A DNA stretch of 32,000 nt from Mammaliicoccus sp. Dog046 (GTDB taxonomy: Bacteria; Bacillota; Bacilli; Staphylococcales; Staphylococcaceae): assembly GCF_034039665.1 (NCBI RefSeq), contig NZ_CP120131.1, positions 490,206-522,205 on the forward strand. Direction: 5' to 3'. Numbering within the stretch: position 1 is the stretch's first letter; each line of letters begins with the position of its first letter. A program made the position numbers and the translations under genes. This document shows, piece by piece, positions 9,372 through 18,625 of the stretch. The notes below the pieces were generated by a model. The model was not told the DNA's origin. It was given only the letters and a program-made list of their open reading frames with translations, and ran no database searches.

Positions 9372-11261
9372 ATGACATCAACCTTTACGGTGGCTTATAT
9401 AATTATTGCAATCCTTCTATGGATAGGAATTAATGCATTAGTAGTTAAACGCAGAAAGAATAAATCCGTATCAAAAAATCAATCTAACGATTCAAAAGTG
9501 AAAGAAACATCACATTTACAATCAAAAGACGATTCAAAAACGGATCAACAACCAGTTACACGTCATGAAAAAATGGAAGAAGAAAAGCAAGCGTCTGTAT
9601 CAGAGACAGCTGCGACAACTTCAAACGAAGAAAATTCTGAAGTAGAACATGACGCTCAAACAGAAGAAGCACACGATGATTTAGAAGATCGTGGTGCAGA
9701 ACTAAATGAAGATGAACCAATTAATGAACAAATTAAGAAACAACATGTGAATTTTGTTTTTGGAAAAGGTGTTTCTAGAAATAAAATACTGTTAGCCTTA
9801 TTGTTCGGTATGTTCATCGCAATATTGAACCAAACATTATTGAACGTAGCATTACCAGTCATTAATAATGAATTTAGTGTATCAACATCAACCGGACAAT
9901 GGTTGGTGACAGGATTTATGCTTGTAAATGGTATTTTGATACCAATCAGTGCCTTCTTAATTAGTAAATATTCGTACAGAAGATTATTCCTAATAGCAAT
10001 GACACTCTTTACGATTGGATCATTACTATGTGCCATTTCATTTAACTTCCCGTTAATGATGACAGGACGTGTCATTCAAGCGATAGGTGCAGGTATATTA
10101 ATGCCTCTTGGTACGAATGTATTTATGACGATTTTCCCACCTGAAAAACGTGGTGCCGCTATGGGTACATTGGGTGTTGCATTTATATTAGCACCAGCAA
10201 TTGGTCCGACGTTATCAGGTTGGATCGTACAAAATTATCATTGGAACGTAATGTTCTATGGTATGTTTGGCATTGGCTTACTTGCTATCTTTATCAGTTT
10301 CTTCTGGTTCAAGATTTATCAACAAACATCAAATCCAAAACCAGATGTGCCAGGTATTATATTTAGTTCCATTGGTTTCGGTATGTTGTTATATGGATTT
10401 AGTGAAGCGGGTAATGATGGCTGGTCTTCAGCGACAGTAACTATATCATTAATAGTGGGTGTGATCTTTACAGCACTATTTGTAATCCGTGAAATCAGAA
10501 TGGATAAACCAATGTTAGATATGTCTGCATTGAAATATTCTGGATTTACATTAACAACTGTAATCAATGTAATCGTAACAATGAGTTTATTCGGTGGAAT
10601 GATTCTTCTACCAATGTACTTACAAAACTTACGTGGATTCTCACCATTAGATTCAGGTTTACTATTATTACCTGGTTCATTACTTATGGGTATTATGGGT
10701 CCAATCGCTGGTAAAATGTTAGACTCAATTGGTATTAAACCATTAGCTTTAATCGGATTAACAATTATGACGTTCGCGACTTATGAACTGACACAATTGA
10801 ATATGGATACACCATATACAACGATTTTAGTAATTTATATCGTACGTTCATTCGGAATGAGCTTTATCATGATGCCAATTATGACAGCAGGTATGAACGC
10901 ATTACCACAAAGATTAATACCACATGGTAATGCAATTAGTAATACAGTAAGACAATTAGCAGGATCAATCGGTACAGCAATACTTGTAACAGTTATGACG
11001 CAAAATGCAAGTTCACATTTAGCGAATATGTCTGATAACCTTGATTCAACAAATCCAATGATTCAAGAACAAGTAAAAGCACTATCAGATTCTGTAGGTG
11101 GAGAACAAGCAGGTACATCTGCTTTAGTTGAATTCCTTAATAAATTAGCAACAGTTCAAGGTATTAACGATGCCTTCTGGGTTGCGACATTATTCAGTGT
11201 GATTGCTCTTGTTTTAAGTTTATTCTTAAAAGGAAAATCACATTATATTTCACACGAGTAA
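9372..11261 (+). CDS. DHA2 family MFS multidrug efflux transporter (EmrB/QacA-like) with acidic N-terminal extension
   Basis: 629 aa; LNQTLLNVALPVI, GRVIQAIGAGILMPL, LGVAFILAPAIGPTLSGWI motifs. Confidence 0.92.
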   Translation: MTSTFTVAYIIIAILLWIGINALVVKRRKNKSVSKNQSNDSKVKETSHLQSKDDSKTDQQPVTRHEKMEEEKQASVSETAATTSNEENSEVEHDAQTEEAHDDLEDRGAELNEDEPINEQIKKQHVNFVFGKGVSRNKILLALLFGMFIAILNQTLLNVALPVINNEFSVSTSTGQWLVTGFMLVNGILIPISAFLISKYSYRRLFLIAMTLFTIGSLLCAISFNFPLMMTGRVIQAIGAGILMPLGTNVFMTIFPPEKRGAAMGTLGVAFILAPAIGPTLSGWIVQNYHWNVMFYGMFGIGLLAIFISFFWFKIYQQTSNPKPDVPGIIFSSIGFGMLLYGFSEAGNDGWSSATVTISLIVGVIFTALFVIREIRMDKPMLDMSALKYSGFTLTTVINVIVTMSLFGGMILLPMYLQNLRGFSPLDSGLLLLPGSLLMGIMGPIAGKMLDSIGIKPLALIGLTIMTFATYELTQLNMDTPYTTILVIYIVRSFGMSFIMMPIMTAGMNALPQRLIPHGNAISNTVRQLAGSIGTAILVTVMTQNASSHLANMSDNLDSTNPMIQEQVKALSDSVGGEQAGTSALVEFLNKLATVQGINDAFWVATLFSVIALVLSLFLKGKSHYISHE

Positions 11262-11322
11262 CAACGTAAAAAATACACAAAGTTGCACAATATATTGAAA
11301 TTTTTTCAAGACACAAAGCACA

Positions 11323-11364
11323 AACACTAAGATTATTTTATTCATAATCTTAGTGTTTTTTTTC
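11323..11364 (+). terminator. Terminator of the efflux operon
   Basis: AAACACTAAGATTATtttattcATAATCTTAGTGTTTttttt, perfect 15-bp arms. Confidence 0.9.
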
Positions 11365-11454
11365 GTGGAAAATAATTTATTTTGAAAAACACATCTCTAA
11401 TGCTTTGAAACGGGCAAGGTTTTTTATATAATGTAAAAAAGGAGTTGGTGACTT

Positions 11455-11994
11455 GTGAAAGTGAAGTATATAGACAAACGTCATTGGCGACGTCTCCTTA
11501 AACGCGATTATAAAGAAGTTGTACTGGATACGAACCACTTTAAAGGGCTAGTCGGACTCGTTACGATGGTAGAAGTGAAAGAAACTTTAAAAGTGGACGT
11601 TGTAGATAAAGAAATTACAGTAGCGGATAATGGGTATAAATGGATGCAGATTTTGCCTGAGAAGAAACCGTACAGTATAACTGTAATGTATAATAAACAA
11701 AATCAACCAGTGCAGTATTATTTTGATGTGAATTTGAGGAACATCACGCAACCTGGTAATGCTAGAACACTGGACTTATGTTTAGATGTATTAGTCATAC
11801 CGAAGTCGGGTGAGTATGAATTAGTTGATGAAGATGATCTAGAAAGAATGCTTAAAGAGAAAAAAATATCTAAAGCACAATATCATAAAGCATATGTAAC
11901 AGCACATGAAATCATGTTTAAATTAGAAACAGATTTCAAAGGCATAGAAAAGAAAATTAGATATTGCTTCCATGAAATAATGAATGCGAAATAA
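11455..11994 (+). CDS. DUF402 family protein
   Basis: 179 aa; YYFDVNL…TLDLCLDVLVIPKSGEYELVDEDDLERML. Annotated GTG start. Confidence 0.75.
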   Translation: MKVKYIDKRHWRRLLKRDYKEVVLDTNHFKGLVGLVTMVEVKETLKVDVVDKEITVADNGYKWMQILPEKKPYSITVMYNKQNQPVQYYFDVNLRNITQPGNARTLDLCLDVLVIPKSGEYELVDEDDLERMLKEKKISKAQYHKAYVTAHEIMFKLETDFKGIEKKIRYCFHEIMNAK

Positions 11995-12017
11995 ACGGGA
12001 ATGTTACTTCGAATAGA

Positions 12018-12044
12018 GCTGAGACACTGTGTCTCAGTTTTTTT
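12018..12044 (+). terminator. Terminator of the DUF402 gene
   Basis: gCTGAGACACTGTGTCTCAGttttttt. Confidence 0.85.
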
Positions 12045-12059
12045 AGTATATAGATAAAA

Positions 12060-12253
12060 GATATCGTGCGATTGACCCCGGAACGCACGATATCTCGGCC
12101 AAACTCCAAAGTCTTCGTGCGATTAGACCTGAAACGCACGATATCTCGGCCAAACTCCAAAGTCTTCGTGCGATTGGACCTGAAACGCACGATATCTCGG
12201 CCAAACTCCAAAGTCTTCGTGCGATTGGACCCGGAACGCACGATATCTCGGCA
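12060..12253. repeat. Tandem array B: 4 hairpin units at exact 51-bp spacing
   Basis: CGTGCG at 12065, 12116, 12167, 12218; unit TCTTCGTGCGATTGGACCTGAAACGCACGATATCTCGGCCAAACTCCAAAG. Confidence 0.97.
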
Positions 12254-12297
12254 TCGAATAATCTCTAAACCTCATCTTTATTGCAACTTAATATAAA

Positions 12298-12330
12298 AAA
12301 TGAGACACATGTTGTAATGTGTCCCAGTTC
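12298..12330 (-). terminator. Terminator of uppP
   Basis: Minus strand reads CTGGGACACATtacaACATGTGTCTCAtttttt. Confidence 0.75.
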
Positions 12331-12334
12331 TTAT

Positions 12335-13156
12335 TTATAAAAATATTAAAGCTAATATAATTGCTAATGGTCCGACAATGAAACAGTATTTACTGAATAT
12401 ACCTAATTGTCCGCGTTCCATAATGCCTTGTAACCATTTCAATGAGAAATAACTTGCTACAAGTGATGCAATAAATGCAAATACATACGATATCATTAAT
12501 GAAGAATTTGGTGGTGAATCGATTATATCTTTAAATCCAAGTAATGCTGTACCTAAACTTACTGGTATGTATAGTAAGAAAGAAAATTTAAAGGCTGTTT
12601 TCTGATTCATACCAACGCCTAGTGCACCGACGATTGTTGCACCGCTTCGACTTAATCCAGGAATTAATGCTACTGCCTGGAATAAACCAACAATGATTGC
12701 ATCTTTCAGTGATAGATCGCGTTCTAATTTTTGTCCGCGTTTGTTTTTAATAAACCATAAAGCGATACCTGTTACGATCAGCATAATACCAACCATGATG
12801 ACGCTTTTCGTATCTCCGATGATATCTTTAAAGATGACACCTAATACGCCTGCAGGTATTGTTGCGATAACGACATACATGGCAAGTTGGAAGTTTTTCT
12901 TAACAACTTCTGTACGGTCGCCTTTAATGTATTTAAGTGTGTCTATTATCAGTTCGATGATATCTTTTCTAAATAAGATGAGTACTGCGATTAATGAAGC
13001 GGTATTGACTACTATTTCAAAAGTTAGCCCATCCGTATGTAGACCTAAAAATTCTTGTGCCATGACGAGGTGACCACTTGAGGAAACCGGAATGGGTTCA
13101 GTCACACCTTGTACAATTCCAAGAAAAATATACTTGATGATTTCTATAATTAACAT
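12335..13156 (-). CDS. uppP: Undecaprenyl-diphosphatase (BacA/UppP)
   Basis: GIVQGVTEPIPVSSSGHLVMAQEFLG and ALIPGLSRSGATIVGAL motifs. Confidence 0.95.
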   Translation of the reverse strand: MLIIEIIKYIFLGIVQGVTEPIPVSSSGHLVMAQEFLGLHTDGLTFEIVVNTASLIAVLILFRKDIIELIIDTLKYIKGDRTEVVKKNFQLAMYVVIATIPAGVLGVIFKDIIGDTKSVIMVGIMLIVTGIALWFIKNKRGQKLERDLSLKDAIIVGLFQAVALIPGLSRSGATIVGALGVGMNQKTAFKFSFLLYIPVSLGTALLGFKDIIDSPPNSSLMISYVFAFIASLVASYFSLKWLQGIMERGQLGIFSKYCFIVGPLAIILALIFL

Positions 13157-13324
13157 GATAAAATCCTTTCTCTATTTATGTACAAGCTCAACTATAACGA
13201 ATTATGAAATGAGTTTCAATTTATGATTGAAAAAATTATTATTTTACTTAAAAATGCATTTGGACTTTCAAAGTCGCTATATAAAAATCATGTTATAATA
13301 TAATCAAAGTAAGGAGTGTGTCAT

Positions 13325-14200
13325 GTGAAAGTAGACGATTATAAATTGCTTGTAACTTTAGAAGATGTAAAGACTTTACGCAAAGCGGCAGACATTCTTT
13401 ACATATCACAACCGGCTGTGAGCCAAAGACTAAAATCTATAGAGAATTTCTTCGGTATTGATATTTTTATTAGAACAAAAAAACAACTAATAACAACAAA
13501 CGAAGGATTACTTGTGATTGAACATGCAAGAAAGATGTTAAAAGAAGAACGTTTACTATTAGACAAGATCAGTTCGAAAATAGGTGAAGTAAACGGTAGT
13601 ATTTCAATCGGTGTTTCTTCATTAATCGGACAAACAATCTTGCCACAAGTGCTTGGTGAATATACGAATCTATATCCAAATGTAGATATTCAATTACAAA
13701 TCGGATCCAGTGAACACATTAAATCATGTCAAAATGATTTCCACGTCATGGTTGTTAGAGGAAATGAAGTCATGAACGTTCAAAATGATTTATTGTTAAA
13801 TGAACAACATTATTTTATTTATCCGAAAAGTAAAAAACAAGATTTACATTTGTTGCCTATGATTGAATTCCAAGCAGAACCGATTTATTTGAAACAAATT
13901 GAAGAATGGTATGCTGATTATTTTCAACAAGAATACCATGCACTTATCAAAGTAGATCAAATCGCGACTTGTAAGGAATTATTATTAAACGGTGTAGGTG
14001 TAACGGTATTGCCAGAATTAGTAATAGGGGATATTGATACTGATAAATTTGAAATTAAGAAATTAAATATCATGCGTAAGCCACTGACACGTTCGACGTA
14101 TATTTGTTATGAACATAATGTGATGCAGTTGCCGCAGGTGAAATCGTTTATTGAAGTTTTGAAGAATTATATTAAACATGTTGAAATAGGAAAAAAATAA
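13325..14200 (+). CDS. LysR family transcriptional regulator
   Basis: LysR HTH (FRKAADILYISQPAVSQRLKSIENFFGIDIFIRTKK-like) with SD AAGGAG 13311-13316 positioned for GTG 13325 (ORF track starts at 13316). Confidence 0.9.
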   Translation: MKVDDYKLLVTLEDVKTLRKAADILYISQPAVSQRLKSIENFFGIDIFIRTKKQLITTNEGLLVIEHARKMLKEERLLLDKISSKIGEVNGSISIGVSSLIGQTILPQVLGEYTNLYPNVDIQLQIGSSEHIKSCQNDFHVMVVRGNEVMNVQNDLLLNEQHYFIYPKSKKQDLHLLPMIEFQAEPIYLKQIEEWYADYFQQEYHALIKVDQIATCKELLLNGVGVTVLPELVIGDIDTDKFEIKKLNIMRKPLTRSTYICYEHNVMQLPQVKSFIEVLKNYIKHVEIGKK

Positions 14201-14237
14201 AACAATCTATCCATCTGGTGATGAATAGATTGTTTTT
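14201..14237. terminator. Bidirectional terminator
   Basis: AACAATCTATccatctggtgatgaATAGATTGTTtttta between convergent genes. Confidence 0.8.
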
Positions 14238-14881
14238 TATAGTCGGTTATAAAATCGTGTGAATATATTTCTCGTTTCTTCATTAATACCATCATGATTT
14301 AAGATGTTTTCAATACGAGATTTATTTTTATTATCTTTAAATTGAGTTGTATTGAGTTCATAAATAGATAGTTTAGGTTCATAAGATTGGAGCAATTGAA
14401 GATGGTCATTTTGAGAAACATAACCTTCTTGTAACACTCTGAAATAGCAACCGGTCTTACCACTATCAGCCATACGCTTGACTAAATCTTTAATTCCATA
14501 TTTGAGTGCAATCGTCGCACAAGGTTGTCTCGGACAGGATACTTGAATGATGGCTTCACCAAGTTGATATGTATCACCAATATTTAAATCTTCCTCTGTA
14601 AGCCCTGATACAGTTATATTCTCACCAAAAATTGCATACTCAGGTAGTTGATCTAAAATATCATTCCAAAATGGATGGTGGTCTTTACTATAAAAACAAA
14701 TTGCCTTTTCTATGCCGCCATGTCCTTTATATTCTTGCTCATCTTCAGTAAAACCTGTTTTTGTTAAGTACATTTTTCCTTTAAATGGCTCTTTAAAGAT
14801 TGCTGTTCGTTTTGTTTTTTGATTGTCGAAAGTAACGTCAGAAACTTTACCTGTTGAAATATAGTCAATGTGATATTGCAT
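14237..14881 (-). CDS. MOSC domain protein (YiiM family)
   Basis: KAICFYSKDHHPFW, FGENITVSGLTEEDLNIGD, VSCPRQPCATIALKYG motifs. Confidence 0.92.
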   Translation of the reverse strand: MQYHIDYISTGKVSDVTFDNQKTKRTAIFKEPFKGKMYLTKTGFTEDEQEYKGHGGIEKAICFYSKDHHPFWNDILDQLPEYAIFGENITVSGLTEEDLNIGDTYQLGEAIIQVSCPRQPCATIALKYGIKDLVKRMADSGKTGCYFRVLQEGYVSQNDHLQLLQSYEPKLSIYELNTTQFKDNKNKSRIENILNHDGINEETRNIFTRFYNRL

Positions 14882-15015
14882 TTGAGAGTCCCCTTTTAAA
14901 AAGATCTGTATTTCAGTATACTACTTGATTCGATATATATCAATTAAGCATTGACGTAATGTTGGATAAGCATTAAAGTACAACCATATAATAAAATAAA
15001 GGAAGTTGTGAATTC

Positions 15016-16227
15016 ATGTTCTTTAAACTGTTTCAGATTAAAAATTATAAACTGTTCACGTTAAATATGGGGTTATTAGGAATGGCTATGGCCATAACTG
15101 TACCATTCTTAGTATTGTATGCCACTCAGCATTTAGGCATGACTAAATTTCAATATGGTATTTTAATGGCATTAGCAGCTACGGCTTCATTTACTGTCAA
15201 TTCGATTATAGCTCGATTTTCAGATAGCGGGAAGATTAACCGAAAACATTTGATTATCACAGCATTAATTATGGGGGCAATCTGTTTTTCTATTTATTTT
15301 TACATACATACAATCATTTTGTTTATTCTTTTGTATGCGATGTTTCAAGGTTTAGCTGCACCAGCGATGCCACAAATGTATGCATCTGCACGTGAATCGA
15401 TTAATGAGTCTGATTATAAAGATAGAAGTATCTTTGCGAACACGGTATTACGTTCAACATTTTCATTAGGATTCCTATTTGGTCCATTAATCGGTACGTT
15501 ATTATTACGTTCGTTCGATTATGATGGACTATTTGGTGGGACTGTCGCACTATTTTTAACAGTACTCATTTTATTTATTATCTTTTATAAAGAACCAATA
15601 AAAGTCATCAACCATGCAATGGGTAAATTTCCTGAAAGAAAAGCACCGAACTTATTTGCGGAACCGACTTTAATGATTCCGTTCTTGGCATTTATTTTAT
15701 TACATGTAGGTCAATGGATGTATACATTAAATATGCCTTTATATGTAACGGAATACTTGAAAGATGATGAGTCAAATGTTGGTTATTTAGCAAGTTTGTG
15801 TGCAGGACTTGAAGTACCATTTATGATTATATTAGGTATAATTGCAAGTAAATTTAAGACGAAGACATTATTAATGGTAGGATCCATCTTTGGATTTGGT
15901 TATTACTTTAGTATTGGTGTGTTTGATAACTTCATCGCTATGTTAATAGGACAATTGGCGCTTGCATTCTTCCTCGCTATTTTATTAGGGTTAGGGATCA
16001 GTTATTTTCAAGATATTTTACCAGACTTTCCGGGTTATGCTTCTACACTATTTGCCAATGCAATGGTTATTGGACAATTAGGTGGTAATTTACTTGGCGG
16101 TCTGATGAGTGACATCGTTGGACTTGGTAATGTGTTCTTCGTATCAGCTCTTTCAGTTGCGATAGGGTTTGTACTGTTAATATTCACAATAGAACATACT
16201 AAGGATAAAGAAACACAAACAAGTTAG
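15016..16227 (+). CDS. MFS transporter, sugar-efflux (SET)-like
   Basis: 403 aa with 12 hydrophobic segments; LMALAATASFTVNSIIARFSD, FLFGPLIGTLLL. Confidence 0.8.
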   Translation: MFFKLFQIKNYKLFTLNMGLLGMAMAITVPFLVLYATQHLGMTKFQYGILMALAATASFTVNSIIARFSDSGKINRKHLIITALIMGAICFSIYFYIHTIILFILLYAMFQGLAAPAMPQMYASARESINESDYKDRSIFANTVLRSTFSLGFLFGPLIGTLLLRSFDYDGLFGGTVALFLTVLILFIIFYKEPIKVINHAMGKFPERKAPNLFAEPTLMIPFLAFILLHVGQWMYTLNMPLYVTEYLKDDESNVGYLASLCAGLEVPFMIILGIIASKFKTKTLLMVGSIFGFGYYFSIGVFDNFIAMLIGQLALAFFLAILLGLGISYFQDILPDFPGYASTLFANAMVIGQLGGNLLGGLMSDIVGLGNVFFVSALSVAIGFVLLIFTIEHTKDKETQTS

Positions 16228-16237
16228 GAGAAAACAC

Positions 16238-16720
16238 ATGACAACAATCAATTGGATATTAATTATACTTATGTTTGTAATCGCATTTGTAGGTTTAATA
16301 AAGCCAATCATCCCATCAGTTTTATTTTTATGGGTAGGTTACTTTATATACCACTTTGCGATAGATAATAGTAAATTGTCTTGGGTATTCTGGACAGTGA
16401 TGGTATTGTTTACAGTATTTATGATACTTTCAGATATCATTATGAATAGTTATTTTGTTAAAAGGTTTGGAGGCTCGAAATTAGGAGAAACAATGGCAGC
16501 AATCGGTGTGATTATCGGTTGTTTCGTATTTCCTCCATTTGGTATTATCATCGTACCGTTTGTACTCGTATTTGTATCAGAATTAGTACAAAAAAATAAT
16601 CTAGCTACAGCATTTAATGCAAGTGTAGGATCATTATTAGGCTTCTTAACAAGCTCAATAGCGAAAGCATTGATCATGATCGTTATGGTCATTTGGTTCT
16701 TTATTGCTATATGGATTTAG
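16238..16720 (+). CDS. DUF456 family membrane protein
   Basis: 160 aa, Gly-rich TM segments (KRFGGSKLGETMAAIGVIIGCFVFPPFGIIIVPFVLVFVSEL). Confidence 0.85.
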   Translation: MTTINWILIILMFVIAFVGLIKPIIPSVLFLWVGYFIYHFAIDNSKLSWVFWTVMVLFTVFMILSDIIMNSYFVKRFGGSKLGETMAAIGVIIGCFVFPPFGIIIVPFVLVFVSELVQKNNLATAFNASVGSLLGFLTSSIAKALIMIVMVIWFFIAIWI

Positions 16721-16743
16721 CGTAACGTTTAATATTAGAATGT

Positions 16744-16774
16744 CGACAAAGTTATCACTTTGTCGGCATTTTTT
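16744..16774 (+). terminator. Terminator of the DUF456 gene
   Basis: CGACAAAGTtatcACTTTGTCGgcatttttt, perfect 9-bp arms. Confidence 0.85.
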
Positions 16775-16776
16775 AT

Positions 16777-16943
16777 GCGTTGAACATTGCAAGTGAGGGT
16801 CGACAAGCAACATTGAGCGCCTGAACATTGCAAGTGGAGGTCGACAAGCAACGTTGAAGCGTTGAACATTGCAAGTGGAGGTCGACAAGCAACGTTGAAG
16901 CGTTGAACATTGCAAGTGGAGGTCGACAAGCAACATTGAGCAT
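16777..16943. repeat. Tandem array C: 4 units at exact 41-bp spacing
   Basis: GAACATTGC at 16782, 16823, 16864, 16905; unit GAACATTGCAAGTGGAGGTCGACAAGCAACGTTGAAGCGTT. Confidence 0.96.
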
Positions 16944-16944
16944 G

Positions 16945-17536
16945 GCTAACGAGATAGTTCTGAGAAACAATCTTTTTAGAAAATCTAACGAGATAGTTCT
17001 GTAAAACAATCTCGTTAGAGCGAAAATAGCCCACGAAAAAGCCTGATTTACTACCAAAAATGAGAAAACAACACGCTAACGAGATAGTTTAAGGAAACAA
17101 TCCTTTTAGAAAATCTAACGAGATAGTTCTGTAAAACAATCTCGTTAGAGCGAAAATAGCCCACGAAAAAGCCTGATTTACTACAAAAAATAAGAAAACA
17201 ACATGCTAACGAGATAGTTTGAGAAAACAATCCTTTTAGAAAATCTAACGAGATAGAAAGTAAAAACAATCTCGTTAGAGCGAAAATGGTCATCTCAAAA
17301 GGCCGTATTTACTACAAAAAATGAGAAATGAACATGCTAACGAGATAGTTTTGGGAAACAATCCCGTTAGAAAATCTAACGAGATAGAAAGTAAAAACAA
17401 TCTCGTTAGCGGGAAAATGGACACCTCAAAAGGCCGTATTTACTACAAAAAATGAGAAATGAACATGCTAACGAGATAGTTTTGGGAAACAATCCCGTTA
17501 GAAAATCTAACGAGATAGAAAGCAAAAACAATCTCG
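16945..17536. repeat. Tandem array D: 4 full units plus one partial unit, 130-131 bp period, two hairpins per unit
   Basis: GCTAACGAGATAG at 16945, 17075, 17205, 17336, 17467; each unit contains CTAACGAGAT…ATCTCGTTAG inverted repeats. Confidence 0.96.
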
Positions 17537-17650
17537 TTTGTCGGCATTTTTTTATAAAAAGGATATGTAGAAATAAAAATTGCATGCTATATTGTTACAG
17601 ATGTGTAATTCAGGGTAATTGTATGATAATAATTAAAAGGAGTATATGAT

Positions 17651-18511
17651 ATGTCGAATAGAATATTAGCAATCACTGGTCCGACTTCAGGTATTGGAAA
17701 GAGTACAGTATTAGAATTAGCACATCGTTATGACACACTTATTTTATTATGTAGAAATATAGAGAAGGGTGAACATTTAAAGAAGCTGTTGCTTCTAGAA
17801 CATCAGGATTTAAATGTAGATGTAATTAAATGTGATTTATCGGATTTAGCAAATGTTATGAAAGCTGCTACAAAGGTGATGGATACTTATTCACATGTTG
17901 ATTGTTTAATTAACAATGCTGGTGTCGTTTCTTTAACACGACAAAAGACTGTCGACGGCTATGAGCTTATGTTCGGTACAAATTATTTGGGTCATTTCTT
18001 GTTGACGCATATATTATTTGAGTCGGTTATGAAAAGTGAAGACAAGCAAATTATTATTGTGTCGTCAGGCGCTTATAAGTATGCACATCTTGGACGTCGA
18101 AATTTTAAATATCCATTAAGATTCAATCCAATACAATCATATAGTCGGTCTAAATTAGCGACAATATACTTTATGCAAGAATTACATGAACAATTTCATG
18201 AACATGGATTAAACGTTACAGCTGTACATCCAGGTGCAGTCTCAACAAATTTAGGTAAAACGAAATATAATAAAACTTTTGGAGACATGATTTATAAAGT
18301 TTTTGATCCGATGTTTATTACACCTAAGGAAGGTGCAAAATCCACAATTAAAGTGACGAAAGACCAATGTTTATATAGAGGGCAATATGTTTCAGATGGA
18401 AAAGTAACGCCACTTGTTAACCAAGGATTGAATTATTATGATCGTAAGCGGCTCATTCGTGAAACGTTAGAATCGTTACGATTAAATCAGTTTATGTATT
18501 TATGTGATTAA
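17651..18511 (+). CDS. Short-chain dehydrogenase/reductase (retinol dehydrogenase-like)
   Basis: TGPTSGIGKSTVLELA, NNAGV, YxxSK-like (SYSRSKLATIYF) motifs. Confidence 0.9.
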   Translation: MSNRILAITGPTSGIGKSTVLELAHRYDTLILLCRNIEKGEHLKKLLLLEHQDLNVDVIKCDLSDLANVMKAATKVMDTYSHVDCLINNAGVVSLTRQKTVDGYELMFGTNYLGHFLLTHILFESVMKSEDKQIIIVSSGAYKYAHLGRRNFKYPLRFNPIQSYSRSKLATIYFMQELHEQFHEHGLNVTAVHPGAVSTNLGKTKYNKTFGDMIYKVFDPMFITPKEGAKSTIKVTKDQCLYRGQYVSDGKVTPLVNQGLNYYDRKRLIRETLESLRLNQFMYLCD

Positions 18512-18625
18512 AAACCAAAATGAATACGTTTACATTCGATGTTCAGTATGCTAATTATTGTTTTATTTTAAATTAAATTTTATAATAGTTGATATTGTAA
18601 GAATATTTCCAATATTAATTAAAGG

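Noticed and set aside
11957-12296. ORFs 11957..12241 (-) and 12066..12296 (+)
   Set aside because: They exist only because 51 bp is a multiple of 3 (17-aa repeats such as RTISRPNSKVFVRLDLK). One overlaps the DUF402 gene end, and no RBS was seen.
16655-17293. Overlapping minus-strand ORFs of 80-99 aa (16655..16936, 16735..17034, 16773..17057, 17051..17293)
   Set aside because: They run across arrays C and D in several frames with repeating Cys/Leu-rich peptides (a 41-bp period rotates the frame). No SD or domain, so treated as artefacts of the repeats.
17452-17649. 65-aa plus-strand ORF upstream of the SDR gene
   Set aside because: Derived from the last array D units and promoter region; no recognisable domain.
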